In this document: positions 63,123 through 64,000 of the stretch, piece after piece | Layout: each line of letters begins with the position of its first letter | Position numbering within the stretch: the first letter of the stretch is position 1 | Source of the DNA: Octopus sinensis | Lineage: Eukaryota | DNA: 64,000 bases | NCBI RefSeq assembly: GCF_006345805.1 | Contig: NC_043010.1 | Coordinates: 20,460,001-20,524,000, forward strand | Direction: 5' to 3' | The notes under the pieces: model-generated | Told to the model about the DNA's origin: nothing | What the model saw: only the letters and a program-made list of their open reading frames with translations | Database searches by the model: none | Made by a program: the position numbers and the translations under genes

Positions 63123-63283
63123 TAGACTTTTGCTATTCCTGAGTGTTATACTAATACATCTGTTTGTATTGTACACCACCTGTCTTCGTCTTTTGTTTTT
63201 TCGTAAACTCTCCCTATATTATATATATATATAAATGTATATAATACATACATACGTACATACATACGTACATACAAATATAC

Positions 63284-63322
<39 letters not shown>

Positions 63323-63325
63323 AAA

Positions 63326-64000
63326 ACTTTGCCGCATACTGAACTCATTAGAAATAGCAGCTAAAAAAACTTTTTTAAAAACTATTTCCAATACTTAAAG
63401 AAAACCTCTCTCATATAGTGTTTGCTCAATCCAACTCACGCAAATATGGGGGTAGAGACATTAAAAAATCAAGTGCAAAGGTTATTTGAGAACGTACGTT
63501 TCAAGATTAGTCAAAATTCGACATTTCTATCATCAGCTCAGAACTCCCTGGTTTGGATTTGAAAACACTGAAAGTAGGAGCATACCCTTTCGGCTTCCTC
63601 TCGCTTCTGAAGATCTGCTCGCAACTAACAGTGCCAACAAACTCAAAAATGCAAGCGAAGAATTTCTGCTCTCCCCTTTCCACCAGCGTGGGCCAAAATC
63701 AGCAAATACTATGCTTTTTTCGGTAAAATCCGCGGCATTATATAGAGAGAGATGAATTATAATTTCAACAATTGAGGGTAAAATTAATTAATTAATCAAT
63801 TTCACCAAGTATTCAGTATGCAAAGGGACCATTTAAGGCGTATTCAAATTATTACATTATATAAAAGGGCTTAGTAAAATAAATTACTTTGCCGCATACT
63901 GAACTCATTAGAAATAGCAGCTAAAAAAACTTTTTTTAAAACTATTTCCAATACTTAAAGAAAACCTCTCTCATATAGTGTTTGCTCAATCCAACTCACG
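63326..64000 (-). mobile_element. 560-bp head-to-tail tandem unit containing a hammerhead (Penelope pLTR/retrozyme-like); runs off window end
   Basis: actttgccgcatactgaactc.. starts at 63326 and again at 63886 (near-identical over ~115 bp). Confidence 0.75.
63487..63540 (-). ncRNA. Minimal type I hammerhead ribozyme with intact core
   Basis: UGAG CUGAUGA [27-nt imperfect stem II] GAAA CGUACG UU CUCA: stem I UGAG/CUCA, palindrome AACGUACGUU, GUU cleavage triplet. Confidence 0.75.

Overview
AT-rich, microsatellite-saturated eukaryotic DNA with the repeat landscape of a coleoid cephalopod, very probably Octopus (inferred from the tRNA-derived SINE families; not database-checked). I could not identify any host protein-coding exon. 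Almost all ORFs in the supplied track are translations of (TA)n/(CA)n/(CAT)n/(CAC)n/(TAA)n repeats or SINEs. The window is intronic or intergenic and filled with nested mobile DNA: a young 5'-truncated RTE LINE (8.86-11.48 kb, minus) and many 3' fragments of it; R4/Dong-like restriction-endonuclease (RLE) LINE relics; CR1- and Tx1-like relics; mariner, Tc1 and DD37D/maT transposons; Helentron-like elements; foldback palindromes; and at least five SINE families. The main finding is a set of Penelope-type minimal hammerhead ribozyme (HHR) motifs in at least four different repeat families. One is a tRNA-headed (Pol III A/B box) SINE whose body carries an HHR and whose copies show Penelope-style inverted ends with a ~30-nt tail extension. 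Another is a 560-bp tandem unit with an intact HHR core. Other notable points are a PHD finger inserted inside the RTE reverse transcriptase, an RLE LINE sitting in (TACA)n, and two apparent templated (template-switch) insertions. Coordinates were read by eye; element boundaries are approximate.
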